A program made the position numbers and the translations under genes. Positions 1-13,100 of a stretch of 64,000 nucleotides of DNA are shown here, piece after piece. A model generated the notes under the pieces. It saw only the letters and a program-made list of their open reading frames with translations. It searched no databases and had not been told where the DNA came from. Numbering within the stretch: the stretch's first letter is position 1; each line of letters starts with the position of its first letter. This DNA is from Eledone cirrhosa (lineage: Eukaryota): positions 375,410,001 to 375,474,000 of the forward strand of contig OZ024742.1 in the NCBI GenBank assembly GCA_964016885.1, in the 5' to 3' direction.

Positions 1-3000
1 ACTTCTTCTGTGCCTTTGTCTTCTTCTGTGCCTTTGTCTTCTTCTGTGCTTTTGTCTTCTTCTGTGCCTTTGTCTTCTTCTGTGCCTTTGTCTTCTTCTG
101 TGCTTTTGTTTTCTTCTGTGCTTTTGACTTCTTCTGTGCCTTTGACTTCTTCTGTGCCTTTGACTTCTTCTGTGCTTTTGACATCTTCTGTGCCTTTGAC
201 TTCTTCTGTGCCTTTGACTTCTTCTGTGCCTTTGTCTTTTTCTGTGCCTTTGACTTCTTCTGTGCTTTTGTCTTCTTCTGTGCCTTTGACTTCTTCTGTG
301 CTTTGACTTCTTCTGTGCCTTTGACTTCTTTTGTGCTTTTGTTTTCTTCTGTGCTTTTGACTTCTTCTGTGCCTTTGACTTCTTCTGTGCCTTTGACTTC
401 TTCTGTGCCTTTGACTTCTTCTGTGCTTTTCTCTTCTTCTGTGCCTTTGACTTCTTCTGTGCTTTTGTCTTCTTCTGTGCCTTTGACTTCTTCTGTGCTT
501 TTGACTTCTTCTGTGCCTTTGACTTCTTCTGTGCTTTTGTTTTCTTCTGTGCCTTTGACTTCTTCTGTGCCTTTGACTTCTTCTGTGCATTTGACTTCTT
601 CTGTGCTTTTGACTTCTTCTGTGCCTTTGACTTCTTCTGTGCCTTTGACTTCTTCTGTGCCTTTGACTTCTTCTGTGCCTTAGACTTCTTCTGTGCTTTT
701 GTTTTCTTCTGTGCTTTTGACTTCTTCTGTGCCTTTGTCTTCTTCTGTGCCTTTGACTTCTTCTGTGCTTTTGACTCCTTCTGTGCCTTTGACTTCTTCT
801 GTGCCTTTGACTTCTTCTGTGCCTTTGTCTTCTTCTGTGCCTTTGACTTCTTCTGTGCCTTTGACTTCTTCTGTGCTTTTGTTTCCTTCTGTGCTTTTGA
901 CTTCTTCTGTGCCTTTGACTTCTTCTGTGCCTTTGACTTCTTCTGTGCCTTTGACTTCTTCTGTGCCTTTGACTTCTTCTGTGCTTTTGTTTTCTTCTGT
1001 GCCTTTGACTTCTTCTGTGCCTTTGATTTCTTCTGTGCCTTTGACTTCTTCTGTGCCTTTGACTTCTTCTGTGCTTTTGACTTCTTCTGTGCCTTTGACT
1101 TCTTCTGTGGTTTTGACTTCTTCTGTGCCTTTGTCTTCTTCTGTGCCTTTGACTTCTTCTGTGCTTTTGACTTCTTCTGTGCTTTTGACTTCTTCTGTGC
1201 CTTTGACTTCTTCTGTGCTTTTGTTTTCTTCTGTACTTTTGACTTCTTCTGTGCCTTTGACTTCTTCTCTGCCTTTGACTTCTTCTGTGCTTTTGACTTC
1301 TTCTGTGCCTTTGACTTCTTCTGTGCCTTTGACTTCTTCTGTGCTTTTGACTTCTTCTGTGCCTTTGACTTCTTCTGTGCCTTTGTCTTCTTCTGTGCCT
1401 TTGACTTCTTCTGTGCTTTTGTTTTCTTCTGTGCTTTTGACTTCTTCTGTGCCTTTGACTTCTTCTGTGCCTTTAACTTCTTCTGTGCTTTTGACTTCTT
1501 CTGTGCCTTTGACTTCTTCTGTGCCTTTGTCTTCTTCTGTGCTTTTGACTTCTTCTGTGCCTTTGACTTCTTCTGTGCCTTTGACTTTTTCTGTGCCTTT
1601 GTCTTCTTCTGTGCCTTTGACCTCTTCTGTGCCTTTGACTTCTTCTGTGCTTTTGTTTTCTTCTGTGCTTTTGACTTCTTGTGTGCCTTTGACTTCTTCT
1701 GTGCTTTTGACTTCTTCTGTGCCTTTAACTTCTTCTGTGCCTTTGTCTTCTTCTGTGCCTTTGACTTCTTCTGTGCTTTTGTTTTCTTCTGTGCTTTTGA
1801 CTTCTTCTGTGCCTTTGACTTCTTCTGTGCCTCTAACTTCTTCTGTGCTTTTGACTTCTTCTGTGCCTTTGACTTCTTCTGTGCCTTTGTCTTCTTCTGT
1901 GCCTTTGACTTCTTCTGTGCCTTTGACTTCTTCTGTGCCTTTGACTTCTTCTGTGCTTTTGACTTCTTCTGTGCCTTTGACTTCTTCTGTGCCTTTGACT
2001 TCTTCTGTGCCTTTGACTTCTTCTGTGCTTTTGACTTCTTGTGTGCCTTTGACTTCTTCTGTGCTTTTGACTTCTTCTGTGCTTTTGTTTTCTTCTGTGC
2101 CTTTGACTTCTTCTGTGCCTTTGACTTCTTCTGTGCTTTTGACATCTTCTGTGCCTTTGACTTCTTCTGTGCCTTTGACTTCTTCTGTGCCTTTGTCTTT
2201 TTCTGTGCCTTTGACTTCTTCTGTGCTTTTGTCTTCTTCTGTGCCTTTGACTTCTTCTGTGCTTTTGACTTCTTCTGTGCCTTTGACTTCTTTTGTGCTT
2301 TTGTTTTCTTCTGTGCTTTTGACTTCTTCTGTGCCTTTGACTTCTTCTGTGCCTTTGACTTCTTCTGTGCCTTTGACTTCTTCTGTGCTTTTCTCTTCTT
2401 CTGTGCCTTTGACTTCTTCTGTGCTTTTGTCTTCTTCTGTGCCTTTGACTTTTTCTGTGCTTTTGACTTCTTCTGTGCCTTTGACTTCTTCTGTGCTTTT
2501 GTTTTCTTCTGTGCCTTTGACTTCTTCTGTGCCTTTGACTTCTTCTGTGCATTTGACTTCTTCTGTGCTTTTGACTTCTTCTGTGCCTTTGACTTCTTCT
2601 GTGCCTTTGACTTCTTCTGTGCTTTTGTTTTCTTCTGTGCTTTTGACTTCTTCTGTGCCTTTGTCTTCTTCTGTGCCTTTGACTTCTTCTGTGCTTTTGA
2701 CTCCTTCTGTGCCTTTGACTTCTTCTGTGCCTTTGACTTCTTCTGTGCCTTTGTCTTCTTCTGTGCCTTTGACTTCTTCTGTGCCTTTGACTTCTTCTGT
2801 GCTTTTGTTTCCTTCTGTGCTTTTGACTTCTTCTGTGCCTTTGACTTCTTCTGTGCCTTTGACATCTTCTGTGCCTTTGACTTCTTCTGTGCCTTTGACT
2901 TCTTCTGTGCTTTTGTTTTCTTCTGTGCCTTTGACTTCTTCTGTGCCTTTGATTTCTTCTGTGCCTTTGACTTCTTCTGTGCCTTTGACTTCTTCTGTGC

Positions 3001-6000
3001 TTTTGACTTCTTCTGTGCCTTTGACTTCTTCTGTGGTTTTGACTTCTTCTGTGCCTTTGACTTCTTCTGTGCCTTTGTCTTCTTCTGTGCCTTTGACTTC
3101 TTCTGTGCTTTTGACTTCTTCTGTGCCTTTGACTTCTTCTGTGCTTTTGACTTCTTCTGTGTTTTTGACTTCTTCTGTGCTTTTGACTTCTTCTGTGCCT
3201 TTGACTTCTTCTGTGCCTTTGTCTTCTTCTGTGCCTTTGACTTCTTCTGTGCCTTTGACTTCTTCTGTTCTTTTGACTTCTTCTGTGCCTTTGACTTCTT
3301 CTGTGCTTTTGACTTCTTCTGTGTTTTTGACTTCTTCTGTGCTTTTGACTTCTTCTGTGCCTTTGACTTCTTCTGTGCCTTTGTCTTCTTCTGTGCCTTT
3401 GACTTCTTCTGTGCCTTTGTCTTCTTCTGTGCTTTTGACTTCTTCTGTGCCTTTGTCTTCTTCTGTGCCTTTGTCTTCTTCTGTGCTTTTGTCTTCTTCT
3501 GTGCCTTTGTCTTCTTCTGTGCCTTTGTCTTCTTCTGTGCTTTTGTTTTCTTCTGTGCTTTTGACTTCTTCTGTGCCTTTGACTTCTTCTGTGCCTTTGA
3601 CTTCTTCTGTGCTTTTGACATCTTCTGTGCCTTTGACTTCTTCTGTGCCTTTGACTTCTTCTGTGCCTTTGTCTTTTTCTGTGCCTTTGACTTCTTCTGT
3701 GCTTTTGTCTTCTTCTGTGCCTTTGACTTCTTCTGTGCTTTTGACTTCTTCTGTGCCTTTGACTTCTTTTGTGCTTTTGTTTTCTTCTGTGCTTTTGACT
3801 TCTTCTGTGCCTTTGACTTCTTCTGTGCCTTTGACTTCTTCTGTGCCTTTGACTTCTTCTGTGCTTTTCTCTTCTTCTGTGCCTTTGACTTCTTCTGTGC
3901 TTTTGTCTTCTTCTGTGCCTTTGACTTCTTCTGTGCTTTTGACTTCTTCTGTGCCTTTGACTTCTTCTGTGCTTTTGTTTTCTTCTGTGCCTTTGACTTC
4001 TTCTGTGCCTTTGACTTCTTCTGTGCATTTGACTTCTTCTGTGCTTTTGACTTCTTCTGTGCCTTTGACTTCTTCTGTGCCTTTGACTTCTTCTGTGCCT
4101 TTGACTTCTTCTGTGCCTTAGACTTCTTCTGTGCTTTTGTTTTCTTCTGTGCTTTTGACTTCTTCTGTGCCTTTGTCTTCTTCTGTGCCTTTGACTTCTT
4201 CTGTGCTTTTGACTCCTTCTGTGCCTTTGACTTCTTCTGTGCCTTTGACTTCTTCTGTGCCTTTGTCTTCTTCTGTGCCTTTGACTTCTTCTGTGCCTTT
4301 GACTTCTTCTGTGCTTTTGTTTCCTTCTGTGCTTTTGACTTCTTCTGTGCCTTTGACTTCTTCTGTGCCTTTGACTTCTTCTGTGCCTTTGACTTCTTCT
4401 GTGCCTTTGACTTCTTCTGTGCTTTTGTTTTCTTCTGTGCCTTTGACTTCTTCTGTGCCTTTGATTTCTTCTGTGCCTTTGACTTCTTCTGTGCCTTTGA
4501 CTTCTTCTGTGCTTTTGACTTCTTCTGTGCCTTTGACTTCTTCTGTGGTTTTGACTTCTTCTGTGCCTTTGACTTCTTCTGTGCCTTTGTCTTCTTCTGT
4601 GCCTTTGACTTCTTCTGTGCTTTTGACTTCTTCTGTGCTTTTGACTTCTTCTGTGCCTTTGACTTCTTCTGTGCTTTTGTTTTCTTCTGTACTTTTGACT
4701 TCTTCTGTGCCTTTGACTTCTTCTCTGCCTTTGACTTCTTCTGTGCTTTTGACTTCTTCTGTGCCTTTGACTTCTTCTGTGCCTTTGACTTCTTCTGTGC
4801 TTTTGACTTCTTCTGTGCCTTTGACTTCTTCTGTGCCTTTGTCTTCTTCTGTGCCTTTGACTTCTTCTGTGCTTTTGTTTTCTTCTGTGCTTTTGACTTC
4901 TTCTGTGCCTTTGACTTCTTCTGTGCCTTTAACTTCTTCTGTGCTTTTGACTTCTTCTGTGCCTTTGACTTCTTCTGTGCCTTTGTCTTCTTCTGTGCTT
5001 TTGACTTCTTCTGTGCCTTTGACTTCTTCTGTGCCTTTGACTTCTTCTGTGCCTTTGACTTCTTCTGTGCCTTTGTCTTCTTCTGTGCCTTTGACTTCTT
5101 CTGTGCCTTTGACTTCTTCTGTGCCTTTGACTTCTTCTGTGCTTTTGACTTCTTCTGTGCTTTTGACTTCTTCTGTGCATTTGACTTCTTCTGTGCCTTT
5201 GACTTCTTCTGTGCTTTTGACTTCTTCTGTGCCTTTGACTTCTTCTGTGCTTTTGTTTTCTTCTGTACTTTTGACTTCTTCTGTGCCTTTGACTTCTTCT
5301 CTGCCTTTGACTTCTTCTGTGCTTTTGACTTCTTCTGTGCCTTTGACTTCTTCTGTGCCTTTGTCTTCTTCTGTGCCTTTGACCTCTTCTGTGCCTTTGA
5401 CTTCTTCTGTGCTTTTGTTTTCTTCTGTGCTTTTGACTTCTTGTGTGCCTTTGACTTCTTCTGTGCTTTTGACTTCTTCTGTGCCTTTGACTTCTTCTGT
5501 GCCTTTGTCTTCTTCTGTGCCTTTGACTTCTTCTGTGCTTTTGTTTTCTTCTGTGCTTTTGACTTCTTCTGTGCCTTTGACTTCTTCTGTGCCTTTAACT
5601 TCTTCTGTGCTTTTGACTTCTTCTGTGCCTTTGACTTCTTCTGTGCCTTTGTCTTCTTCTGTGCCTTTGACTTCTTCTGTGCCTTTGACTTCTTCTGTGC
5701 CTTTGACTTCTTCTGTGCTTTTGACTTCTTCTGTGCCTTTGACTTCTTCTGTGCCTTTGACTTCTTCTGTGCCTTTGACTTCTTCTGTGCTTTTGACTTC
5801 TTGTGTGCCTTTGACTTCTTCTGTGCTTTTGACTTCTTCTGTGCTTTTGTTTTCTTCTGTGCCTTTGACTTCTTCTGTGCCTTTGACTTCTTCTGTGCTT
5901 TTGACATCTTCTGTGCCTTTGACTTCTTCTGTGCCTTTGACTTCTTCTGTGCCTTTGTCTTTTTCTGTGCCTTTGACTTCTTCTGTGCTTTTGTCTTCTT

Positions 6001-7180
6001 CTGTGCCTTTGACTTCTTCTGTGCTTTTGACTTCTTCTGTGCCTTTGACTTCTTTTGTGCTTTTGTTTTCTTCTGTGCTTTTGACTTCTTCTGTGCCTTT
6101 GACTTCTTCTGTGCCTTTGACTTCTTCTGTGCCTTTGACTTCTTCTGTGCTTTTCTCTTCTTCTGTGCCTTTGACTTCTTCTGTGCTTTTGTCTTCTTCT
6201 GTGCCTTTGACTTCTTCTGTGTTTTTGACTTCTTCTGTGCTTTTGACTTCTTCTGTGCCTTTGACTTCCTCTGTGCCTTTGTCTTCTTCTGTGCCTTTGA
6301 CTTCTTCTGTGCCTTTGACTTCTTCTGTTCTTTTGACTTCTTCTGTGCCTTTGACTTCTTCTGTGCTTTTGACTTCTTCTGTGTTTTTGACTTCTTCTGT
6401 GCTTTTGACTTCTTCTGTGCCTTTGACTTCTTCTGTGCCTTTGTCTTCTTCTGTGCCTTTGACTTCTTCTGTGCCTTTGTCTTCTTCTGTGCTTTTGACT
6501 TCTTCTGTGCCTTTGTCTTCTTCTGTGCCTTTGTCTTCTTCTGTGCTTTTGTCTTCTTCTGTGCCTTTGTCTTCTTCTGTGCCTTTGTCTTCTTCTGTGC
6601 TTTTGTTTTCTTCTGTGCTTTTGACTTCTTCTGTGCCTTTGACTTCTTCTGTGCCTTTGACTTCTTCTGTGCTTTTGACTTCTTCTGTGCCTTTGACTTC
6701 TTCTGTGCCTTTGACTTCTTCTGTGCCTTTGTCTTTTTCTGTGCCTTTGACTTCTTCTGTGCTTTTGTCTTCTTCTGTGCCTTTGACTTCTTCTGTGCTT
6801 TTGACTTCTTCTGTGCCTTTGACTTCTTTTGTGCTTTTGTTTTCTTCTGTGCTTTTGACTTCTTCTGTGCCTTTGACTTCTTCTGTGCCTTTGACTTCTT
6901 CTGTGCCTTTGACTTCTTCTGTGCTTTTCTCTTCTTCTGTGCCTTTGACTTCTTCTGTGCTTTTGTCTTCTTCTGTGCCTTTGACTTCTTCTGTGCTTTT
7001 GACTTCTTCTGTGCCTTTGACTTCTTCTGTGCTTTTGTTTTCTTCTGTGCCTTTGACTTCTTCTGTGCCTTTGACTTCTTCTGTGCATTTGACTTCTTCT
7101 GTGCTTTTGACTTCTTCTGTGCCTTTGACTTCTTCTGTGCCTTTGACTTCTTCTGTGCCTTTGACTTCTTCTGTGCCTTA

Positions 7181-10100
7181 GACTTCTTCTGTGCTTTTGT
7201 TTTCTTCTGTGCTTTTGACTTCTTCTGTGCCTTTGTCTTCTTCTGTGCCTTTGACTTCTTCTGTGCTTTTGACTCCTTCTGTGCCTTTGACTTCTTCTGT
7301 GCCTTTGACTTCTTCTGTGCCTTTGTCTTCTTCTGTGCCTTTGACTTCTTCTGTGCCTTTGACTTCTTCTGTGCTTTTGTTTCCTTCTGTGCTTTTGACT
7401 TCTTCTGTGCCTTTGACTTCTTCTGTGCCTTTGACTTCTTCTGTGCCTTTGACTTCTTCTGTGCCTTTGACTTCTTCTGTGCTTTTGTTTTCTTCTGTGC
7501 CTTTGACTTCTTCTGTGCCTTTGATTTCTTCTGTGCCTTTGACTTCTTCTGTGCCTTTGACTTCTTCTGTGCTTTTGACTTCTTCTGTGCCTTTGACTTC
7601 TTCTGTGGTTTTGACTTCTTCTGTGCCTTTGACTTCTTCTGTGCCTTTGTCTTCTTCTGTGCCTTTGACTTCTTCTGTGCTTTTGACTTCTTCTGTGCTT
7701 TTGACTTCTTCTGTGACTTTGACTTCTTCTGTGCTTTTGTTTTCTTCTGTACTTTTGACTTCTTCTGTGCCTTTGACTTCTTCTCTGCCTTTGACTTCTT
7801 CTGTGCTTTTGACTTCTTCTGTGCCTTTGACTTCTTCTGTGCCTTTGACTTCTTCTGTGCTTTTGACTTCTTCTGTGCCTTTGACTTCTTCTGTGCCTTT
7901 GTCTTCTTCTGTGCCTTTGACTTCTTCTGTGCTTTTGTTTTCTTCTGTGCTTTTGACTTCTTCTGTGCCTTTGACTTCTTCTGTGCCTTTAACTTCTTCT
8001 GTGCTTTTGACTTCTTCTGTGCCTTTGACTTCTTCTGTGCCTTTGTCTTCTTCTGTGCTTTTGACTTCTTCTGTGCCTTTGACTTCTTCTGTGCCTTTGA
8101 CTTTTTCTGTGCCTTTGTCTTCTTCTGTGCCTTTGACCTCTTCTGTGCCTTTGACTTCTTCTGTGCTTTTGTTTTCTTCTGTGCTTTTGACTTCTTGTGT
8201 GCCTTTGACTTCTTCTGTGCTTTTGACTTCTTCTGTGCCTTTGACTTCTTCTGTGCCTTTGTCTTCTTCTGTGCCTTTGACTTCTTCTGTGCTTTTGTTT
8301 TCTTCTGTGCTTTTGACTTCTTCTGTGCCTTTGACTTCTTCTGTGCCTTTAACTTCTTCTGTGCTTTTGACTTCTTCTGTGCCTTTGACTTCTTCTGTGC
8401 CTTTGTCTTCTTCTGTGCCTTTGACTTCTTCTGTGCCTTTGACTTCTTCTGTGCCTTTGACTTCTTCTGTGCTTTTGACTTCTTCTGTGCCTTTGACTTC
8501 TTCTGTGCCTTTGACTTCTTCTGTGCCTTTGACTTCTTCTGTGCTTTTGACTTCTTGTGTGCCTTTGACTTCTTCTGTGCTTTTGACTTCTTCTGTGCTT
8601 TTGTTTTCTTCTGTGCCTTTGACTTCTTCTGTGCCTTTGACTTCTTCTGTGCTTTTGACATCTTCTGTGCCTTTGAGTTCTTCTGTGCCTTTGACTTCTT
8701 CTGTGCCTTTGTCTTTTTCTGTGCCTTTGACTTCTTCTGTGCTTTTGTCTTCTTCTGTGCCTTTGACTTCTTCTGTGCTTTTGACTTCTTCTGTGCCTTT
8801 GACTTCTTTTGTGCTTTTGTTTTCTTCTGTGCTTTTGACTTCTTCTGTGCCTTTGACTTCTTCTGTGCCTTTGACTTCTTCTGTGCCTTTGACTTCTTCT
8901 GTGCTTTTCTCTTCTTCTGTGCCTTTGACTTCTTCTGTGCTTTTGTCTTCTTCTGTGCCTTTGACTTTTTCTGTGCTTTTGACTTCTTCTGTGCCTTTGA
9001 CTTCTTCTGTGCTTTTGTTTTCTTCTGTGCCTTTGACTTCTTCTGTGCCTTTGACTTCTTCTGTGCATTTGACTTCTTCTGTGCTTTTGACTTCTTCTGT
9101 GCCTTTGACTTCTTCTGTGCCTTTGACTTCTTCTGTGCTTTTGTTTTCTTCTGTGCTTTTGACTTCTTCTGTGCCTTTGTCTTCTTCTGTGCCTTTGACT
9201 TCTTCTGTGCTTTTGACTCCTTCTGTGCCTTTGACTTCTTCTGTGCCTTTGACTTCTTCTGTGCCTTTGTCTTCTTCTGTGCCTTTGACTTCTTCTGTGC
9301 CTTTGACTTCTTCTGTGCTTTTGTTTCCTTCTGTGCTTTTGACTTCTTCTGTGCCTTTGACTTCTTCTGTGCCTTTGACTTCTTCTGTGCCTTTGACTTC
9401 TTCTGTGCCTTTGACTTCTTCTGTGCTTTTGTTTTCTTCTGTGCCTTTGACTTCTTCTGTGCCTTTGATTTCTTCTGTGCCTTTGACTTCTTCTGTGCCT
9501 TTGACTTCTTCTGTGCTTTTGACTTCTTCTGTGCCTTTGACTTCTTCTGTGGTTTTGACTTCTTCTGTGCCTTTGACTTCTTCTGTGCCTTTGTCTTCTT
9601 CTGTGCCTTTGACTTCTTCTGTGCTTTTGACTTCTTCTGTGCCTTTGACTTCTTCTGTGCTTTTGTTTTCTTCTGTACTTTTGACTTCTTCTGTGCCTTT
9701 GACTTCTTCTCTGCCTTTGACTTCTTCTGTGCTTTTGACTTCTTCTGTGCCTTTGACTTCTTCTGTGCCTTTGACTTCTTCTGTGCTTTTGACTTCTTCT
9801 GTGCCTTTGACTTCTTCTGTGCCTTTGTCTTCTTCTGTGCCTTTGACTTCTTCTGTGCTTTTGTTTTCTTCTGTGCTTTTGACTTCTTCTGTGCCTTTGA
9901 CTTCTTCTGTGCCTTTGACTTCTTCTGTGCTTTTCTCTTCTTCTGTGCCTTTGACTTCTTCTGTGCTTTTGTCTTCTTCTGTGCCTTTGACTTCTTCTGT
10001 GCTTTTGACTTCTTCTGTGCCTTTGACTTCTTCTGTGCTTTTGTTTTCTTCTGTGCCTTTGACTTCTTCTGTGCCTTTGACTTCTTCTGTGCATTTGACT

Positions 10101-13100
10101 TCTTCTGTGCTTTTGACTTCTTCTGTGCCTTTGACTTCTTCTGTGCCTTTGACTTCTTCTGTGCTTTTGTTTTCTTCTGTGCTTTTGACTTCTTCTGTGC
10201 CTTTGTCTTCTTCTGTGCCTTTGACTTCTTCTGTGCTTTTGACTCCTTCTGTGCCTTTGACTTCTTCTGTGCCTTTGACTTCTTCTGTGCCTTTGTCTTC
10301 TTCTGTGCCTTTGACTTCTTCTGTGCCTTTGACTTCTTCTGTGCTTTTGTTTCCTTCTGTGCTTTTGACTTCTTCTGTGCCTTTGACTTCTTCTGTGCCT
10401 TTGACTTCTTCTGTGCCTTTGACTTCTTCTGTGCCTTTGACTTCTTCTGTGCTTTTGTTTTCTTCTGTGCCTTTGACTTCTTCTGTGCCTTTGACTTCTT
10501 CTGTGCTTTTGACTTCTTCTGTGCCTTTGACTTCTTCTGTGGTTTTGACTTCTTCTGTGCCATTGACTTCTTCTGTGCCTTTGTCTTCTTCTGTGCCTTT
10601 GACTTCTTCTGTGCTTTTGACTTCTTCTGTGCTTTTGACTTCTTCTGTGCCTTTGACTTCTTCTGTGCTTTTGTTTTCTTCTGTACTTTTGACTTCTTCT
10701 GTGCCTTTGACTTCTTCTCTGCCTTTGACTTCTTCTGTGCTTTTGACTTCTTCTGTGCCTTTGACTTCTTCTGTGCCTTTGACTTCTTCTGTGCTTTTGA
10801 CTTCTTCTGTGCCTTTGACTTCTTCTGTGCCTTTGTCTTCTTCTGTGCCTTTGACTTCTTCTGTGCTTTTGTTTTCTTCTGTGCTTTTGACTTCTTCTGT
10901 GCCTTTGACTTCTTCTGTGCCTTTAACTTCTTCTGTGCTTTTGACTTCTTCTGTGCCTTTGACTTCTTCTGTGCCTTTGTCTTCTTCTGTGCTTTTGACT
11001 TCTTCTGTGCCTTTGACTTCTTCTGTGCCTTTGACTTTTTCTGTGCCTTTGTCTTCTTCTGTGCCTTTGACCCCTTCTGTGCCTTTGACTTCTTCTGTGC
11101 TTTTGTTTTCTTCTGTGCTTTTGACTTCTTGTGTGCCTTTGACTTCTTCTGTGCTTTTGACTTCTTCTGTGCCTTTGACTTCTTCTGTGCCTTTGTCTTC
11201 TTCTGTGCCTTTGACTTCTTCTGTGCTTTTGTTTTCTTCTGTGCTTTTGACTTCTTCTGTGCCTTTGACTTCTTCTGTGCCTTTAACTTCTTCTGTGCTT
11301 TTGACTTCTTCTGTGCCTTTGACTTCTTCTGTGCCTTTGTCTTCTTCTGTGCCTTTGACTTCTTCTGTGCCTTTGACTTCTTCTGTGCCTTTGACTTCTT
11401 CTGTGCTTTTGACTTCTTCTGTGCCTTTGACTTCTTCTGTGCCTTTGACTTCTTCTGTGCCTTTGACTTCTTCTGTGCCTTTGACTTCTTCTGTGCCTTT
11501 GACTTCTTCTGTGCTTTTGACTTCTTGTGTGCCTTTGACTTCTTCTGTGCTTTTGACTTCTTCTGTGCTTTTGTTTTCTTCTGTGCCTTTGACTTCTTCT
11601 GTGCCTTTGACTTCTTCTGTGCTTTTGACATCTTCTGTGCCTTTGACTTCTTCTGTGCCTTTGACTTCTTCTGTGCCTTTGTCTTTTTCTGTGCCTTTGA
11701 CTTCTTCTGTGCTTTTGTCTTCTTCTGTGCCTTTGACTTCTTCTGTGCTTTTGACTTCTTCTGTGCCTTTGACTTCTTTTGTGCTTTTGTTTTCTTCTGT
11801 GCTTTTGACTTCTTCTGTGCCTTTGACTTCTTCTGTGCCTTTGACTTCTTCTGTGCCTTTGACTTCTTCTGTGCTTTTCTCTTCTTCTGTGCCTTTGACT
11901 TCTTCTGTGCTTTTGTCTTCTTCTGTGCCTTTGACTTTTTCTGTGCTTTTGACTTCTTCTGTGCCTTTGACTTCTTCTGTGCTTTTGTTTTCTTCTGTGC
12001 CTTTGACTTCTTCTGTGCCTTTGACTTCTTCTGTGCATTTGACTTCTTCTGTGCTTTTGACTTCTTCTGTGCCTTTGACTTCTTCTGTGCCTTTGACTTC
12101 TTCTGTGCTTTTGTTTTCTTCTGTGCTTTTGACTTCTTCTGTGCCTTTGTCTTCTTCTGTGCCTTTGACTTCTTCTGTGCTTTTGACTCCTTCTGTGCCT
12201 TTGACTTCTTCTGTGCCTTTGACTTCTTCTGTGCCTTTGTCTTCTTCTGTGCCTTTGACTTCTTCTGTGCCTTTGACTTCTTCTGTGCTTTTGTTTCCTT
12301 CTGTGCTTTTGACTTCTTCTGTGCCTTTGACTTCTTCTGTGCCTTTGACTTCTTCTGTGCCTTTGACTTCTTCTGTGCCTTTGACTTCTTCTGTGCTTTT
12401 GTTTTCTTCTGTGCCTTTGACTTCTTCTGTGCCTTTGATTTCTTCTGTGCCTTTGACTTCTTCTGTGCCTTTGACTTCTTCTGTGCTTTTAACTTCTTCT
12501 GTGCCTTTGACTTCTTCTGTGGTTTTGACTTCTTCTGTGCCTTTGACTTCTTCTGTGCCTTTGTCTTCTTCTGTGCCTTTGACTTCTTCTGTGCTTTTGA
12601 CTTCTTCTGTGCCTTTGACTTCTTCTGTGCTTTTGTTTTCTTCTGTACTTTTGACTTCTTCTGTGCCTTTGACTTCTTCTCTGCCTTTGACTTCTTCTGT
12701 GCTTTTGACTTCTTCTGTGCCTTTGACTTCTTCTGTGCCTTTGACTTCTTCTGTGCTTTTGACTTCTTCTGTGCCTTTGACTTCTTCTGTGCCTTTGTCT
12801 TCTTCTGTGCCTTTGACTTCTTCTGTGCTTTTGTTTTCTTCTGTGCTTTTGACTTCTTCTGTGCCTTTGACTTCTTCTGTGCCTTTGACTTCTTCTGTGC
12901 TTTTCTCTTCTTCTGTGCCTTTGACTTCTTCTGTGCTTTTGTCTTCTTCTGTGCCTTTGACTTCTTCTGTGCTTTTGACTTCTTCTGTGCCTTTGACTTC
13001 TTCTGTGCTTTTGTTTTCTTCTGTGCCTTTGACTTCTTCTGTGCCTTTGACTTCTTCTGTGCATTTGACTTCTTCTGTGCTTTTGACTTCTTCTGTGCCT

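Noticed and set aside
289-305. 17-bp monomer near 301 (and the similar one near 61917) as a programmed frameshift
   Set aside because: Both are singletons. The paralogous positions (about 3737 and 6797; about 40867 and 46881) have normal 18-bp monomers, so a homopolymer consensus error or private mutation is more likely.
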